This document shows, piece after piece, positions 13,861 to 28,108 of a stretch of DNA of 64,000 nucleotides. Source of the stretch: Eledone cirrhosa (taxonomy: Eukaryota). The stretch covers positions 61,008,001 to 61,072,000 of the forward strand of contig OZ024741.1 in the NCBI GenBank assembly GCA_964016885.1. Direction: 5' to 3'. Under the pieces are notes generated by a model, which was given only the letters and a program-made list of their open reading frames with translations, did no database searches and was not told the DNA's origin. Position 1 is the stretch's first letter; each line of letters begins with the position of its first letter. The translations under genes were made by a program, and so were the position numbers.

Positions 13861-14139
13861 GAGCTTAATTGCAATAAGTTATTGTTTTGTCCTAGCTTTT
13901 ATTCCACGGAGAGCGCTTTCACTTGTGTCAGACGCTCTGAGTCCGGGTGGACCAGAAGTTCCGTTGGTAGGGGTCGAAACTGTCAAAGTCCTTCTCAATG
14001 GCTGAATACCCTAGGGTTCTGAGTCTTTTAATTGTATCTTTATTTTTAAAAAATATGTTTTTATTGCTACGGGAGATAGAATGCGTTGCCAGACACACAC
14101 ACACGCATATATATATATATATATGTATATATGTATATA

Positions 14140-14250
<111 letters not shown>

Positions 14251-16572
14251 TTGTATATATATATATATATTGGTAAACGGAATAGAAAATGCTGACAAAT
14301 TGTTATATTATTGTTCTGCAACCCCATGCATTGAACCACACTGTTATTAAGACAAAACCTATATATTTGCTAGCATTGATATGCATCTGTATGTATATAT
14401 ATGTTACTAGATATGAATTCTTTATTATATATATACATATATAGATGCATATATATGAATATATATATATATGTATACATATATATACGCATATACATAT
14501 ATATACATGCATATATGTGTGTATATATATATGTGTGTGTATATATATATGTATGTGTATACATATATGCATGTATATATATGTATATATATGTATATGC
14601 GTATATGCGTGTGTGTATGTGTGTTTGCAAGTATTCATATAAAATGGCTGTAATATATACCACCATTCATAGCTTTCTACATATGATACGACGATGTGCT
14701 TACAAACTTGGGTGAACATAGTGACGCAACAGCTCCAAACAATTGTCAACGTTTTCCAAGTATGAATATCTTTTATTAAAACTTATATATATGATAAACC
14801 TAGAGCACAATCATGTTCCCTCTTTATGTTTCTCTGCATTTGTATCACTTAAGCTCTCGGTATATCTATATGATTAACATGTCTAGTACTCTTTAGTTCA
14901 CATGCTTTATACAATAGCGTAGAAGTGAAAATACTAAAACAATATAATTTGTAAATAACTCATAAATCCTTTGCAAAGAATAACAGATAATTTTTCATTT
15001 AAAAATATTCTTTCGAATCAATACATTAAGAAAATATATGCAGGAATTGATCATGCAAGTTACCAAACATCTCCGATATATATTGTTCATAACATTAAGC
15101 CTATCAACAAATATTTTATGAAAGGACATTTTAGATATTAGTCCGGTGATAAAATGTTATTTTAGCTTAACTCAAAGCTTTACTATTTTAATGCAATCAG
15201 TAAATTGTAAAATAACACCAGAAAATTGTGCTTGTGAGAGTGAATAAAGTTATGGTTCTATCATAATAACGGATCATTTAAATCGCGCTAAATTTCCATA
15301 TATACGTTTGTCACTGATAATAATCGTTACGTTATCATCAATAATTGTTCAATGTAATTGTCATGAGATGTTACTCCGATTAAACATGCTAGTACGTTGC
15401 GTTAACATCATTAACCGTTCAAAATATGTTCTTAGCTTTCTTTTCTGTTTTATAGAACGTTACACTTTTAGTTTAATTGGTATTCTTCATGAAATATTAG
15501 GCTATATATCGGCGAGTTGGCAGATGCATTTGAACGTTGGGTGGATTACTTTACGGTATTCCTACCGTCTTTCTGTGCAGTGAGTTCAAATCCTACTGTG
15601 GTCAACTTTTCCTTTCATCCTTTATAAATCGATAAATATAGTTCCAGTCGTGCACTGGAGTTGATGATTCCTCTCTCTGGAAACAAATTGGCTGTGTTAA
15701 GATGTCGGAAAAGGAATGAGATCCGTTATGTTAAAATGCCCATATATATCATGATGGCGCTTCCACAACATCATCAGGAATTATATGGCCATGAATGGAA
15801 AAATATTTGACTAAATTCAAACAATGTAATATATATTTCATAGCCAGACATTAGATCATCCGAATTGATGAAGCATGACTGAATGGCTAATGGGTTCGCT
15901 TCGCAAACATTATTTTTCCGGGTTCGATTTCATTGCGTGTCATCTATCAAAGCCTCGGATCTCGATGCATGTCTTCTACGTGAAACTGGATAGACGGAAA
16001 TTCAAAAAGCTAGCCTTGTCACATTACACTGTATCACGTTGATTCTCCCTGAGTATTACGTTGAAGCTACACGTGTCTGCGGAATACTCAGGCATTTACA
16101 CTATAATTTCATGAGCATGATGTTCCGCAGATCGAACAAGTGAAACACTCATCGTCGAAACCGGTGGAGGTCCATTTTAGATCATCCTATGCTCATTGAA
16201 ATTAGATTACATTATAATAGAAGGCTCCATTAAAGCAGCCATTGCAAATAGAATTAAATGGAATTATTATGCTTATTTTACTGCATAATTGAGTTGTTTT
16301 CTGATGAAATGTAATCACCAACAAGTAAAAGTCAGTCTTACAGATGTAATATTGTTAACATAAATTGAATGATATAATTATAAATTATCTTTTGAAGAGA
16401 TCACAACTTATATGACATTACATTAACCACATCTCCCGAAGGTCAATAAGGTCTGACTGAAAGAAAGCATATTTGTATTCTCACTGTTAAATATAAATTA
16501 ACTGTAACTTACTTCTTTCTTTATCTCATGTCAAAAATGTATTCTGTTGGATAGAGTTATGTAAGTAATATT

Positions 16573-16673
<101 letters not shown>

Positions 16674-16674
16674 C

Positions 16675-16710
<36 letters not shown>

Positions 16711-16714
16711 TGTA

Positions 16715-17255
16715 TGACGGGTCACTCTTGAGTGCTACTGGTAACGTGTACCCCAGTACAACGTGTCGCATGGTCGCGTCGTCGGCGACTAAACCGGCAA
16801 CCCCACCAAGTTTACTTGGTCAGGAGGGTGATTTTGGACATCATGAAGGACAAAAGACAAAACCTGACAAAGGGTGGAAGAACTCATAAGAGTCAACGGC
16901 CAGCCAAAAGTGTGTAAATATGTTTATACAGATGTACATATGTATGTATATGTGTATATACATGGGTGCATGTGTATGTATATGCGAGGGGACATAGAAA
17001 TAGTCGGGCTGGACATCCGATCGCGCGGTTAAACCACTGGGAGTGAAGGACCCATAGACTTTGTCAGGGCATTCTTCTAGGAGAAGGCAACTCAGGAACC
17101 GGGAGAACTCCGATATAAAACCTGCGGCTCCGTAGTTACCGATGATGTTGATATTTTCTTTTTTCGGCTATTGTCGCTCAGAAAGTGGGATTGGCTCAGT
17201 GCACAGTCTTTCCTCACTTTAAAAATATCTTCAAGCACAGGCATTGCATGATAGA
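16715..17255 (+). mobile_element. Probable RTE-type 5' UTR segments split by a TA/TG tract
   Basis: GC-richer blocks with gcgactaaaccggcaacccc and ctaggagaaggcaactc motifs recalled from RTE 5' regions; directly upstream of the RTE RT fragment. Confidence 0.4.
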
Positions 17256-17506
17256 ATTAATTAATTATCATTAATAATGGTATATCGTGCAATGGCCAAA
17301 CTCGATAACGAGGGGGCAGCCATCATATATATGTATGTATATATGTATCTATGTATATATATGTATATATATGTATATATATATACACATATATATAAGT
17401 ATATATATATATATGTGTGTTCACATATATATATATATACATAAATACATATATATATATGTATACGTATATAGATATATACATATATATGTATATACAT
17501 ATATAG

Positions 17507-18558
17507 ATGAAGATCTTACAGGCTTATGGAATCCCCAAGAAGACAGTGGACCTGATATCACTGTTCTACACCAACACCAAAGCCCAAGTTATTACACCTG
17601 ATGGGATGACAGAGTTCTTTGAGATACTGGCTGGAGTGCTCCAGGGAGATACATTGGCTCCCTATCTTTTTATCATCGTAGTGGACTATTGTATGCGCCT
17701 TGCACTGGAGAAACTCCAGGACTCTGGCTTTACTGTAGCACCGGCTCCAAGCAGGAGAGTTAAGGCGAAAAAGATATCAGATGCTGAATTTGCCGACGAC
17801 ACAGTTTTGGTGACAAATACAGTGAAGGAGGCAGAGGATTTGATGCAGGAGGTTGAGACTGTGTCGATGAGTGTGGGGCTGGGAATGAATGAGACTAAAA
17901 CAAAATATCTGGTAGAGAATGTTGATAAGCCAGAGGAGATCACTAATGTAACCAGGAAGCAGCTAGAATTGGTTGAAGACTTCTTGTATTTGGGAGCAAA
18001 GATTGGGAATACGGAAGATGATGTGGTTGAGAGGAAGAGCAAAGCTTGGGCGGCGTGCCACAGCTTGAGATCGATGTGGAAGTCAGACCTTCGTAAAGAC
18101 CTTAAAATCCGCCTCTTCATTGCTGTAGTGGAGTCTGTGCTGCTGTACGGGTCTGAGACTTGGACACTGACCAAGAAACTCACTCAGATGGTGGATGGGT
18201 GCTACACGAGAATGCTGAGGATGGTTCTGAACATTAATCAGTATTCACTGAGGATAAAAACTCAGAGCTGTATGGGAGCCTCCCAAAAGTCAGCTCAAAA
18301 GTGACGCAGAGGAGACTGAGGTTAGCTGGACATGCTCACCGACATCCAGAGTTGACATTGCACTCAGTGCTCCTGTGGGAGCCCCTACATGGACACACTG
18401 GAAGAGGAAGACCAAGGTTAACGTATGTTGATGCCCTAAGTACAGGCACTGGTCTGTTGGAGACGCAGAACATGGTAGCGATAATGAGGGAGAGAGACTG
18501 GTGCAGAGAACTCGTCCATGGATCTCGGGAATTTTACCCGCCCTAGAATAGAATAGAA
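17507..18558 (+). mobile_element. RTE-clade LINE, RT domain to 3' end
   Basis: [49 protein letters not shown]; one frameshift near 18260; (TAGAA)3 tail. Confidence 0.92.
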
Positions 18559-18573
18559 TATATACATAGATAT

Positions 18574-18649
<76 letters not shown>

Positions 18650-18656
18650 ATATGTA

Positions 18657-19029
<373 letters not shown>

Positions 19030-19035
19030 ATATAT

Positions 19036-19072
<37 letters not shown>

Positions 19073-19090
19073 TTTGTAAAGAAACCTCAC

Positions 19091-19120
<30 letters not shown>

Positions 19121-19121
<1 letters not shown>

Positions 19122-19453
19122 AATGTAATCTGAGTTATATTAATAATGACATTCGATTCGTTTCCAATTATGCAAAGAAGCCTCAATTTTATAGCCATGT
19201 CAGTAGAATGAACACTTCATTCTTGCTCTTGTGTTAGCATGCAAACAGAACGGCTATAAAATTGAGGCTTGTTTGCATAATTGCAAACGAATCGAATGTT
19301 ATTATTAATATTCAAATCCCGCCGAGGTTGACTTTGCCTTTCATCCTTACGGGGTTGATAAAATAACGTACCAGTAATGTACTGGGTAATTGCTGGCCTT
19401 GTGCCTAAAGTAGAAACAATTATTAATATTCGAAAAACTCAGATTACATTTAT
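19121..19453. repeat. Inverted repeat whose right arm is interrupted by a 5'-truncated family A SINE (19312-19420)
   Basis: 19121-19197 vs 19252-19311 plus 19432-19453; TSD ttattaatattc; uninterrupted copy of the arm at 7741-7880. Confidence 0.8.
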
Positions 19454-19509
19454 TGTATTCAGCCATGTAGAGCGAAATTTTCTTTTATATTTATATATTT
19501 ATATGTAAG

Positions 19510-20487
19510 AATGAAGAGTAACATGGTTGGCTGTACAACAAGGGGCTTTATTTCAGGTATTGACAATTGTTTCATTGATCAGTTGAGTCTAGAGGTCGCT
19601 AACTGTTCGAAGTTGCGTCACTCGATCTCCATTACATTATTTACTGGATTGGCAGTATCGGTAGAGGGTCGGACGCCATGCTTTGACGCATAGAGTTACG
19701 GCCCTTGCCATTCTGAGTTCAAATCGCGCCGAGGTTAACTTTGCCTTTCATCCTTACGGGGTCGATAAAATAAAGTACCAGTAATGTACTGGGTAATTTC
19801 TGGCCTTGTGCCAATAGTAGAAACAATTATTTACCTCTGATCAACTCCTCAGAATACAAAACCAATTCACTCAGGCAAGATATATATAGAGAAATAGCGT
19901 ATAATCAAAACAATAACATCAATAATAAAATATATATGATAGATAGGTAGAGAAGTTACAGATGTAAAAATTAAAAAGTAAAGGATAAGAAAATACAGTA
20001 AAAAGGTAAGAAAATGGAAAAATATAAAGAAATAAGGATAAGTGAGAGCATGTAAGTAAGGTACGATAAGATGCTGCTTAACAGCAAAATAGAAAGATCA
20101 ATTTTCTGTAGGTATAAAATAGCTACCAAGTTCACAAATTTCAAACCACCGTCATTCGAGCCAGCAATCCCAAAATTAGAACTGAACCACCTGGATTTTA
20201 ACGTATGGAATACACACCGCTATTAGCTGTCAAACGGCCAACTGGTCACTAGATCATAAATCTCTTAACATCTCTTTTACCCTCTCGCCCTGAAATAGCA
20301 TTAACCCCATTAAGACAAGAGAATTAGCAAAACATTTACCACACAGATTTGTCAAATGTCGAATATGACTTTTCATGTTAGCAACTTCGAGCGATTAGCG
20401 ACCTCTAGACTCAACTGATCAATGAAACAATTGTCAATACCTGAAATAAAGCCTCTTGTTGTACAGCCAACCATGTTACTCTTCATT
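19510..20487. repeat. Inverted pair of ~107-bp HHR-tail arms with ~760-bp spacer
   Basis: 19510-19616 is the reverse complement of 20381-20487; arm carries ctgatcaat-GAAA-caattg-TC...aataaa. Confidence 0.8.
19645..19826 (+). mobile_element. tRNA-derived SINE, family A
   Basis: tggcagtatcgg A-box-like, gagttcaaatc B-box, shared core; TSD attatttac. Confidence 0.85.
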
Positions 20488-20658
20488 ATTTCACTATTAT
20501 TACTCCAAGTATAACCTACATAGGAATTACTGCGAACTCGCTACCTAACTATGGTAACATCTCGTTGAGTTAAACAAAGCCGTACGTTAAAACTATCCAC
20601 GACACAAAGTACTCACAATCTCTAACTGGATTACCTATAACGATAACTTGTTACCCCA

Positions 20659-20750
<92 letters not shown>

Positions 20751-20752
<2 letters not shown>

Positions 20753-20955
20753 CTAAGGCGGGTAAAATTCCCGAGATCCATGGACGAGTTCTCTCCAGCG
20801 GTCTCTATCCCTCATTATCGCTGCCATGTCCTGCGTCTCCAACAGACCAGTGTCTGTCCTTAGAGCATCAACATACTTTAACCTTGGTCTTCCTCTTCTA
20901 GTGTGTCCATGTAGGGGCTCCCAAAGGAGCACTGAGTGCAATGTCAACTCTGGAT
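20751..20955 (-). mobile_element. RTE LINE 3' fragment
   Basis: Reverse complement matches 18343-18548 ([14 protein letters not shown]...GSREFYPP). Confidence 0.9.
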
Positions 20956-21160
20956 GATTGAACGTTTGACGATAGCTAATAAGCTTGAAACTAGTTAATC
21001 GTTCCTTTGTCTGTGTTGAACAAAAGGGAAACGATGGTTGCCGAACACTGTACGGCTTAATTCGGGCTGTTTGTTTCCAAACAAACCGAATATTATAATA
21101 AATGTTCGGTAAACCCATACGTACATATATATATGTGTGTGCAAGTATGTATATATATAC

Positions 21161-21240
<80 letters not shown>

Positions 21241-21672
21241 ACGTACATACATATATGTATACAGACGTACAGTAGTATGTATATATATACATACTTGCAC
21301 ACATATATATATATATGTACATATGGGTTTACCGAACATTTATTATAATATTCGGTTTGTTTGTAAACAAACAGCCCGAATTAAGCCGTACAGTGTTCGG
21401 CAACCATCGTTTCCCTTTTGTTCAACACAGACAAAGGAACGATTAACTAGTTTCAAGCTTATTAGCTATCGTCAAACGTTCAATCATCTGACAAGAAGGT
21501 ATACGATGCTGACGATAGCTAATAAGCTTGAAACTAGTTCATCGTTCCTTTGTCAGTGTTGAACAAAAGAGCAACGATGGTTGCCGAACACTGTACGGCT
21601 TAATTCGGGCTGTTTGTTTACAAACAAACCGAACATTATAATAACTGTTCGGTAAACCCATACGTACATATA
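20955..21672. mobile_element. Three ~170-bp HHR modules in +/-/+ orientation
   Basis: 20955-21130 (+), 21312-21486 (-), 21503-21672 (+), near-identical; diverged tail also at 1-80. Confidence 0.9.
21503..21545 (+). ncRNA. Minimal type I hammerhead ribozyme, canonical
   Basis: acgatg-CTGACGA-t-agct(aata)agct-t-GAAA-ctag-TT-catcgt; perfect 6-bp stem I; siblings at 20960-21004 (+) and 21436-21481 (-) have TTGACGA. Confidence 0.9.
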
Positions 21673-21797
21673 TATAGAGATGTGTGCATGTATGTATATA
21701 TATACATCTGTATACATATATGTATGTACGTATATATACTTACATTTAAGTATCAGCCGTACTAAGAGTGAGAAATGAAATTTCATTTCATTCTTTT

Positions 21798-21860
<63 letters not shown>

Positions 21861-21941
21861 CGAAGGAGTTAAGGTAAGGAACCAGATGGACCATAACGCA
21901 CCAGAGTACTCAATACTTAGGGTAGTAGAGTGGGTAATAGT

Positions 21942-22041
21942 AAAATGTATTACCCGACGGCAGAGCTCAAGCCGTTTCGACGGCTATTTCTGAAATAGCC
22001 GTCGAAACGGCTTGAGCTCTGCCGTCGGGGTCATACATTTT
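21942..22041. repeat. Perfect palindrome, 38-bp arms, 1-nt spacer
   Basis: 21953-21990 is the exact reverse complement of 21992-22029 and extends with mismatches. Confidence 0.95.
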
Positions 22042-22042
22042 C

Positions 22043-22107
<65 letters not shown>

Positions 22108-22360
22108 TCTTGCTTTACTGTAACACTGGCTCAGAGCAGGAGAGATAGGGCGTAAAAGATATCGGATATTGAATTTGCCGACGACAAACATAGTGAAGGA
22201 GGCAGAGGAGTTGATGCAGGAGGTGGAGACTGTGTCGATGAGTGTGGGGCTGAGAATGAATGAGATTAAGACGAGGTATCTGGTAGAGAATATTAAGAAG
22301 CCAGATGAGATTACTAATGTAGGCGGGAAGCCGCTAGAATTGGTTGAGTACTTCCTCTAT
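22108..22360 (+). mobile_element. RTE LINE internal RT fragment
   Basis: Matches 17725-17988 (VKEAEELMQEVETVSMSVGL). Confidence 0.85.
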
Positions 22361-23009
22361 CTTGTAGTGTTAAATAATTTGATTTAATTTTATAATATTA
22401 GAATATTTGGAGTTGGTAGATGTAGTAAGTTCTTTGTTAACTTCGGTGGGAAGAATTTTAAAGATTCCTGGTTAACTTTGCTGGAGAACTTTCTCGCATT
22501 CGTCGGCGCGAATGTCAAACTGACATCAGGTTGTGTTGTGATGTGTGACTCTATATATGAGAGATTTTGATGTGTCTGGGGTGTGGGGTGTGGTGTTGCT
22601 GAAGATTTGAAGGAATTAAAGCATACACCCTTATCTTGATGTCAACCTGACCATTTTCTGAGTGTATATATGTATGTGTATGTGTGTGTGTGTGTTGTGT
22701 GCGTGTATGTGTGTGTATGTGTATGCTTTAATTACTTCAAATCTTCATCAACACTCATTAACACCACACCCCACACCACAGACACATCCAAATCTCTCTT
22801 ATATATAGTCACACATCACAACACAACCTGATCTCAGTTTGATCTCAGTTTGACAATCGCCACCGACGAATGCGAGAAAATTCGCCAACCCAAGTTAACT
22901 AGGAATCTTTAAAATTATTCCCACCGAAGTTAACAAAGCACTTACTAGATCTAACAACTCATAATATTATAATATTATAAAATTAAATCAAATTATTTAA
23001 CACTACAAG
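22361..23009. repeat. Inverted repeat, ~270-bp arms, with degenerate HHR-like motif
   Basis: 22361-22628 vs 22720-23009; each arm has CCGACGA-atgcga-GAAA. Confidence 0.85.
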
Positions 23010-23145
23010 TGAAGTCATTATTTTCCTTTTTTTCAAATATATATGCATATATATATATATATGAAAAGTAGAAAACAATAACAAGGAGTACTATTACGAA
23101 AAGTGTTTAGTATTAGGTTCACGCTTCAGAGTGGGGGTGGGGTGG

Positions 23146-23182
23146 GAGACTACGTTTCGGGCATAAGCCCTTCATCAGGAGA
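23146..23182 (-). ncRNA. Hammerhead core with weak stem I
   Basis: CTGATGA-a-gggc(ttat)gccc-GAAA-cg-TA; island between (TA)n tracts. Confidence 0.65.
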
Positions 23183-23230
23183 AATGTGGGAAGGAAAAGA
23201 GTTCCCAGAGGGTGTGAGGGGGAGTGGTGG

Positions 23231-23274
<44 letters not shown>

Positions 23275-23376
23275 ATAACAGATTAAAGTTTAAGCAAGGA
23301 ATCGCTGCTTTCTCCTTTAACGGGATCCTGTTAAGGGTGAAAGCAACGATTCTTTGCTTAAACTTTAATCTGTTAT
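23275..23376. repeat. Spacer-less palindrome of an HHR tail centred on GATC
   Basis: Symmetric about 23324-23327; arm matches 18708-18760. Confidence 0.9.
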
Positions 23377-23477
23377 TTTAATAAATATTTGCTCTATAGT
23401 TTTTATATATATTTACTTGTATATAATCCTTATCGATCCCTCTTTGGATTTTAGTCTTCACATTTTTTTATTATGAC

Positions 23478-23524
<47 letters not shown>

Positions 23525-24326
23525 GTTAATGTTTCTGTTCGTATTTAAGATTCTAGTACAAATTTGATATGACATCAAAATATATTTGTATAATATGCCT
23601 GTCAGAGACTATGAACCAAAATATCCACTGCAGTGAGAAAACTGGAATATTTTGTTATCGTTTTATGATGCACCAAGGTCGACAAAATTCTTTAGAATCT
23701 ATTGTATTGTAAGTAGCATATTTCAGGAGTTGATGAATACTATATACCTCAATTGGTTTCACCGATTAGTGTTATAGTTCTTTGATCACGGAGCAAGCAT
23801 TTCATAAAATTAAAGTGTAAGTGGCTAAGCAATCCACTGACATGTGTACCCATAACGGCATTCTCAAGGAAATTCGGTGTGAGAGTGTGTCATGGCTTGC
23901 TCTCGGGTTACAAGTATAGTCCATCCAACGGGTTTCGAAACGACATTTTACACATAAGACATGGGTCGACCCGAAGCTATAGTAAATTACACTAATCCAA
24001 GATGCCATATAATGGGGTTGAACCCAGGTCCTAATGATTGCGAGGTGGATTTCTTAACCATTCGGCAATGCTGCGACTGGTGGCTATGTTAACAATACTT
24101 ACACTTGACTATGATCATGAATTTCTAATATATAATAACTTGTGTGCTGGTTGACTGGTTGATCCGGTGTCAGTGTCACGCTTAACAACATAGAGTGGAT
24201 GGAGGAGTTGGAGTAATAGAGATATACAGAGAATATTAACATATGGGTTAGAGGAGGAGTATACATACTGACCACAATGGCAGGTAAGCAGTGAATGAGT
24301 TACAGAGAGGAATGCACGCTAAAAAC

Positions 24327-24402
<76 letters not shown>

Positions 24403-25565
24403 GTCCTCTGCTTACAGCACCTGTACGGAATTACGTTTTCTTTTCGCTCTTTCTTCGTTGATGAAGGGAATAAACGTATATGAAACCATACATTTGTTTT
24501 CTCAATTTTTTTCTTTCCTTTTTCTCAAATCGATGCTTTTACTGCTTTATTTTAGTGTTTTAGTATGACCAATATACTGAATCCTTTTAGCCAAATACAA
24601 GCGCAGCGACCATATTTATTTATTTGTATTAATACAGTTATATATTTGTATGCATCATTTACTATTAACCACGGTGGCAAACATACACTTCGAAATTTGC
24701 TTGTCTTCTGACATTTTTTGTAATCGTTTTATTGTCGGATTTTCGTTTCCTTTTTAAGTATGTGGTAGAATTGTTTTCACAAATATTTTGGATGGTGATG
24801 ACTTTCATTATCTTGATGCCACCATCACTGACTCGAGCAGTTTTTCACAATTCTACATCAAAAACAGCTATGTTATAATGTGTTTAACTCTTTCGTGGCC
24901 GTATTTCTAATGCATTACACTCTATTTCAATAGATTAATGAAGAATTCTTAAGCATTTACAAAAATTATTGATTATTTAATTATTAAGATAATCAGAACA
25001 TATGGTTCTGATATAAAATTATTTTAATTTAAATATGAGTACAGCCGGTTTGGAGCGGATTGGTATCAGACGGGCTAAATGAAAAGAATAAAAACGTTTA
25101 TTCTTGTGTCTAAACAGGGCAGACAAAATTGAAAATATGCTTCTAAACTCTCTTTATAATGATTACGCGCGGTATGACACATACAAACAACCAAATCATA
25201 GAATCTGGAGTGTGGAGAGATCAACAAATTGTTACCTCGAAAAAAAGCAACAAGTAAACACGTCCTGGCAGGACAAGAAATGATGATGATGTAAATTAAT
25301 ATTTTAAATGCTGACTTGAAGCCATATATTTATAATGTGTGTGTGTGTGTGGATAGAAAAATATAAGAAATTGATGGCAGAGAAGATGCTCATGATAAAA
25401 TTGTATACATAAATACACACACAAATACGCACACACAGATATATTTATATATAACATATACATATATAGACACAGATATGTTTATATATAACATATATAT
25501 ATATGTGTGTGTGTGTATATATGTATATATAGCTGTGTGTGCGTATATATATGTATGTATGTATG

Positions 25566-25656
<91 letters not shown>

Positions 25657-26626
25657 ATGTATGTATATATATAATTATTTTTTGCCGATGGCAGAATGTT
25701 TTCAGTTTTCTTGGGAGATGAAAAAATATTTTTGATATAGTATTAGTTCATCTCATAATATCACGAATGCTTCCGGCATTCAGAGAAACCCGGCTTTGAC
25801 AACCACTAAAGCATTCCTAATAGTATTTCGAGTAGTGTTAAAAGTGGCATTATTATTATTCAGTGTCGATAGAAATAGTAGGTATAGTGTTAAATCTGGT
25901 CGAGTAGATGTAATCATAATATTATTACCAATAACGATTTCCTCCATTGGCACAACTTTGAAAAATTATATTGAAATGAAGTCAGACGTATTAGCTCTCA
26001 CTGGGATATTGATATTATATGAAACCTAAGATGATAGAAAAATGTTATTCTGGTGATGTTTAACCATTTCGTTACCATATTTCTAAAGAAAGACACTACC
26101 TATGATTTTCAGGTCATTATACAATCAGGAGTTTGGCAAAATAACTAACTTTTCCATTATAAAGCTGGTGTTTGTAACATAACTAAACTAAGGTTTTTAG
26201 ATTCATAAGCAGTACGGTAAAAGTCTAGCATAGTTGTTGAGAGATACAGTTACAAACGACAACACATAATTTACTATTGAAAGTCAGAAGTTTTAATAAT
26301 GAAACGAAATAAATATGGTGGAAAATAATAGGATAAGTAAATCGTAAGAAACGTTGATACCAGAGGCTATGAATAGCTTTTAGGAAATAATACTTGAGAA
26401 CGTAAAAATAAGCTAAGTAGACAAAATGAAACTTTAGCTATTAACATATGGACCATGTCATTTTTGAGATAGAGGAAAAAGGATACTTAAAATGGAATGA
26501 AGTGTAAGTTAGTTTGGAGGTAAAACTGGAAAATTAATGAGAATATATTTAGTATTACACGCTAGAAATGACGTTAATAGGATGTATAGAGACTATAAAA
26601 TAGGAGGATATTAAATAATTGTGTAG

Positions 26627-26661
<35 letters not shown>

Positions 26662-26686
26662 TTGTATATATACATGTATGTATGCA

Positions 26687-26758
<72 letters not shown>

Positions 26759-27016
26759 TGTGTGTGTGAACATAGGCAACAGTAACAATCATTTAAACGA
26801 ATTATTATTCTTTCGACAGTCGAGTACATTTGGACAGGAGGGGAAGAAAGAGAGAGAGTGAGCGTGATGAAAGAAGGCTGGGTGAAGAGAGATTGTACAA
26901 GAACTGGCCGTTGCTGATATGGCCAATAAAGAACTTATTATTATTATTACTTGTTCATCGTGATGGTTGATTTATAGAATCGTTACAGCGTCGGACAAAA
27001 TTCTTTGTGGCATTTA

Positions 27017-27729
27017 CGAGGATGGGCTGAACAGTTCATAGGCTGAATATGAAGGAATGATGCTAGATCTGTAGAATCTTGCATGCAATAATTCCGACTG
27101 CATTGTTTCTTTCCATATAACTGACATCCGACTGCTCAAAGAAGACTTCAAATGTAACTAGTAGCAACTTCTCTTGAACGTGGACAACGTTTGGCATCAT
27201 GCTGTTATCAAATACCTGCAGAAAACCGGTTTACACCCGAAGGACATTCATGCTGGCATGGCTGCTACATTAGGGGATCATGCTCCAGCTTTATGAACAG
27301 GGAAAATGTGGGCAGCCTAATTTAGGGCGGTAAAGGAAAGTTTTGACGATGATCTAAAATCGGGACGTCCTGCAACTTCCACCACCGAGGAAAACTGATG
27401 GAAGGGGTCATGTTTCATTAGGACTTAGGTCCTTGGTTTCAATGGCCTCTTTGCGTGACTGTGGCTTTGAACTGGTTTGGCCCCATCTGACTACCATCTG
27501 TTTCCCATCATATAAAAAGACAGTGCCGCAGTGGTGATTAAGTCATATCTGCTGTTGATAGCTTTTTTACCAACAGGATGAAAGCGTCTTCACCAGTGGA
27601 ATCAGGGCAATGAAACACCGACGGAAGAAGTGTGGACCGCAAGAGCGACTATGCTGAAACATAAACCTCATTTGGTCTCATTCCATGAGAGTAACTTGGT
27701 CAGCCTATGAACTTTTCAGCCGACTCTTG
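27017..27729 (+). mobile_element. Internally deleted mariner relic nested in a SINE
   Basis: TIRs cgaggatgggctgaacagttcataggctga and tcagcctatgaacttttcagccgactcttg, TA flanks; LAPSDYHLF at ~27477; SINE halves at ~26960-27016 and 27732-27880. Confidence 0.85.
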
Positions 27730-27919
27730 TAGTTACACTGTGAGTTCAAATCTCACCGAGGCCAACTTTTACCATTCATCCGTCCAGTATCGACAAAATA
27801 AAGTATCATTCAAATAATAAAATCGTCTTATTCCTCGAGCCAAAATTGCAGGCCTTTCGCCTAAATTAGAAACCATTATTATTTGTTCATCCCGGGTGTC
27901 CCCTTCCTTATTATAGATA

Positions 27920-28108
27920 GGTGGATTGGCAGTATCGGTAGAGGGTCGGACCCATGCTACGCAGCATAGAGTTAAGGCTCTTTATGATCTGAGTTCAAAT
28001 CGCACCGAGGTTAATTTTGCCTTTCATCCTTACGGGGTCGATAAAATAAAATAACAGTAATGCACTTGGATAATTGCTGGCCTTGTGCCAAATATGGAAA
28101 CAATTATT
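27920..28108 (+). mobile_element. tRNA-derived SINE, family A
   Basis: Colinear with 19645-19826. Confidence 0.85.

Noticed and set aside
17686-18183. 165-aa minus-strand ORF, and similar antisense ORFs at 1102-1323, 44121-44609, 48711-50075, 54505-57720 and 60570-60752
   Set aside because: Shadows on the opposite strand of retroelement coding sequence
20955-21672. CRISPR-like array, here or in other repeats
   Set aside because: No regularly spaced short direct repeats with unique spacers, no cas genes, eukaryotic context
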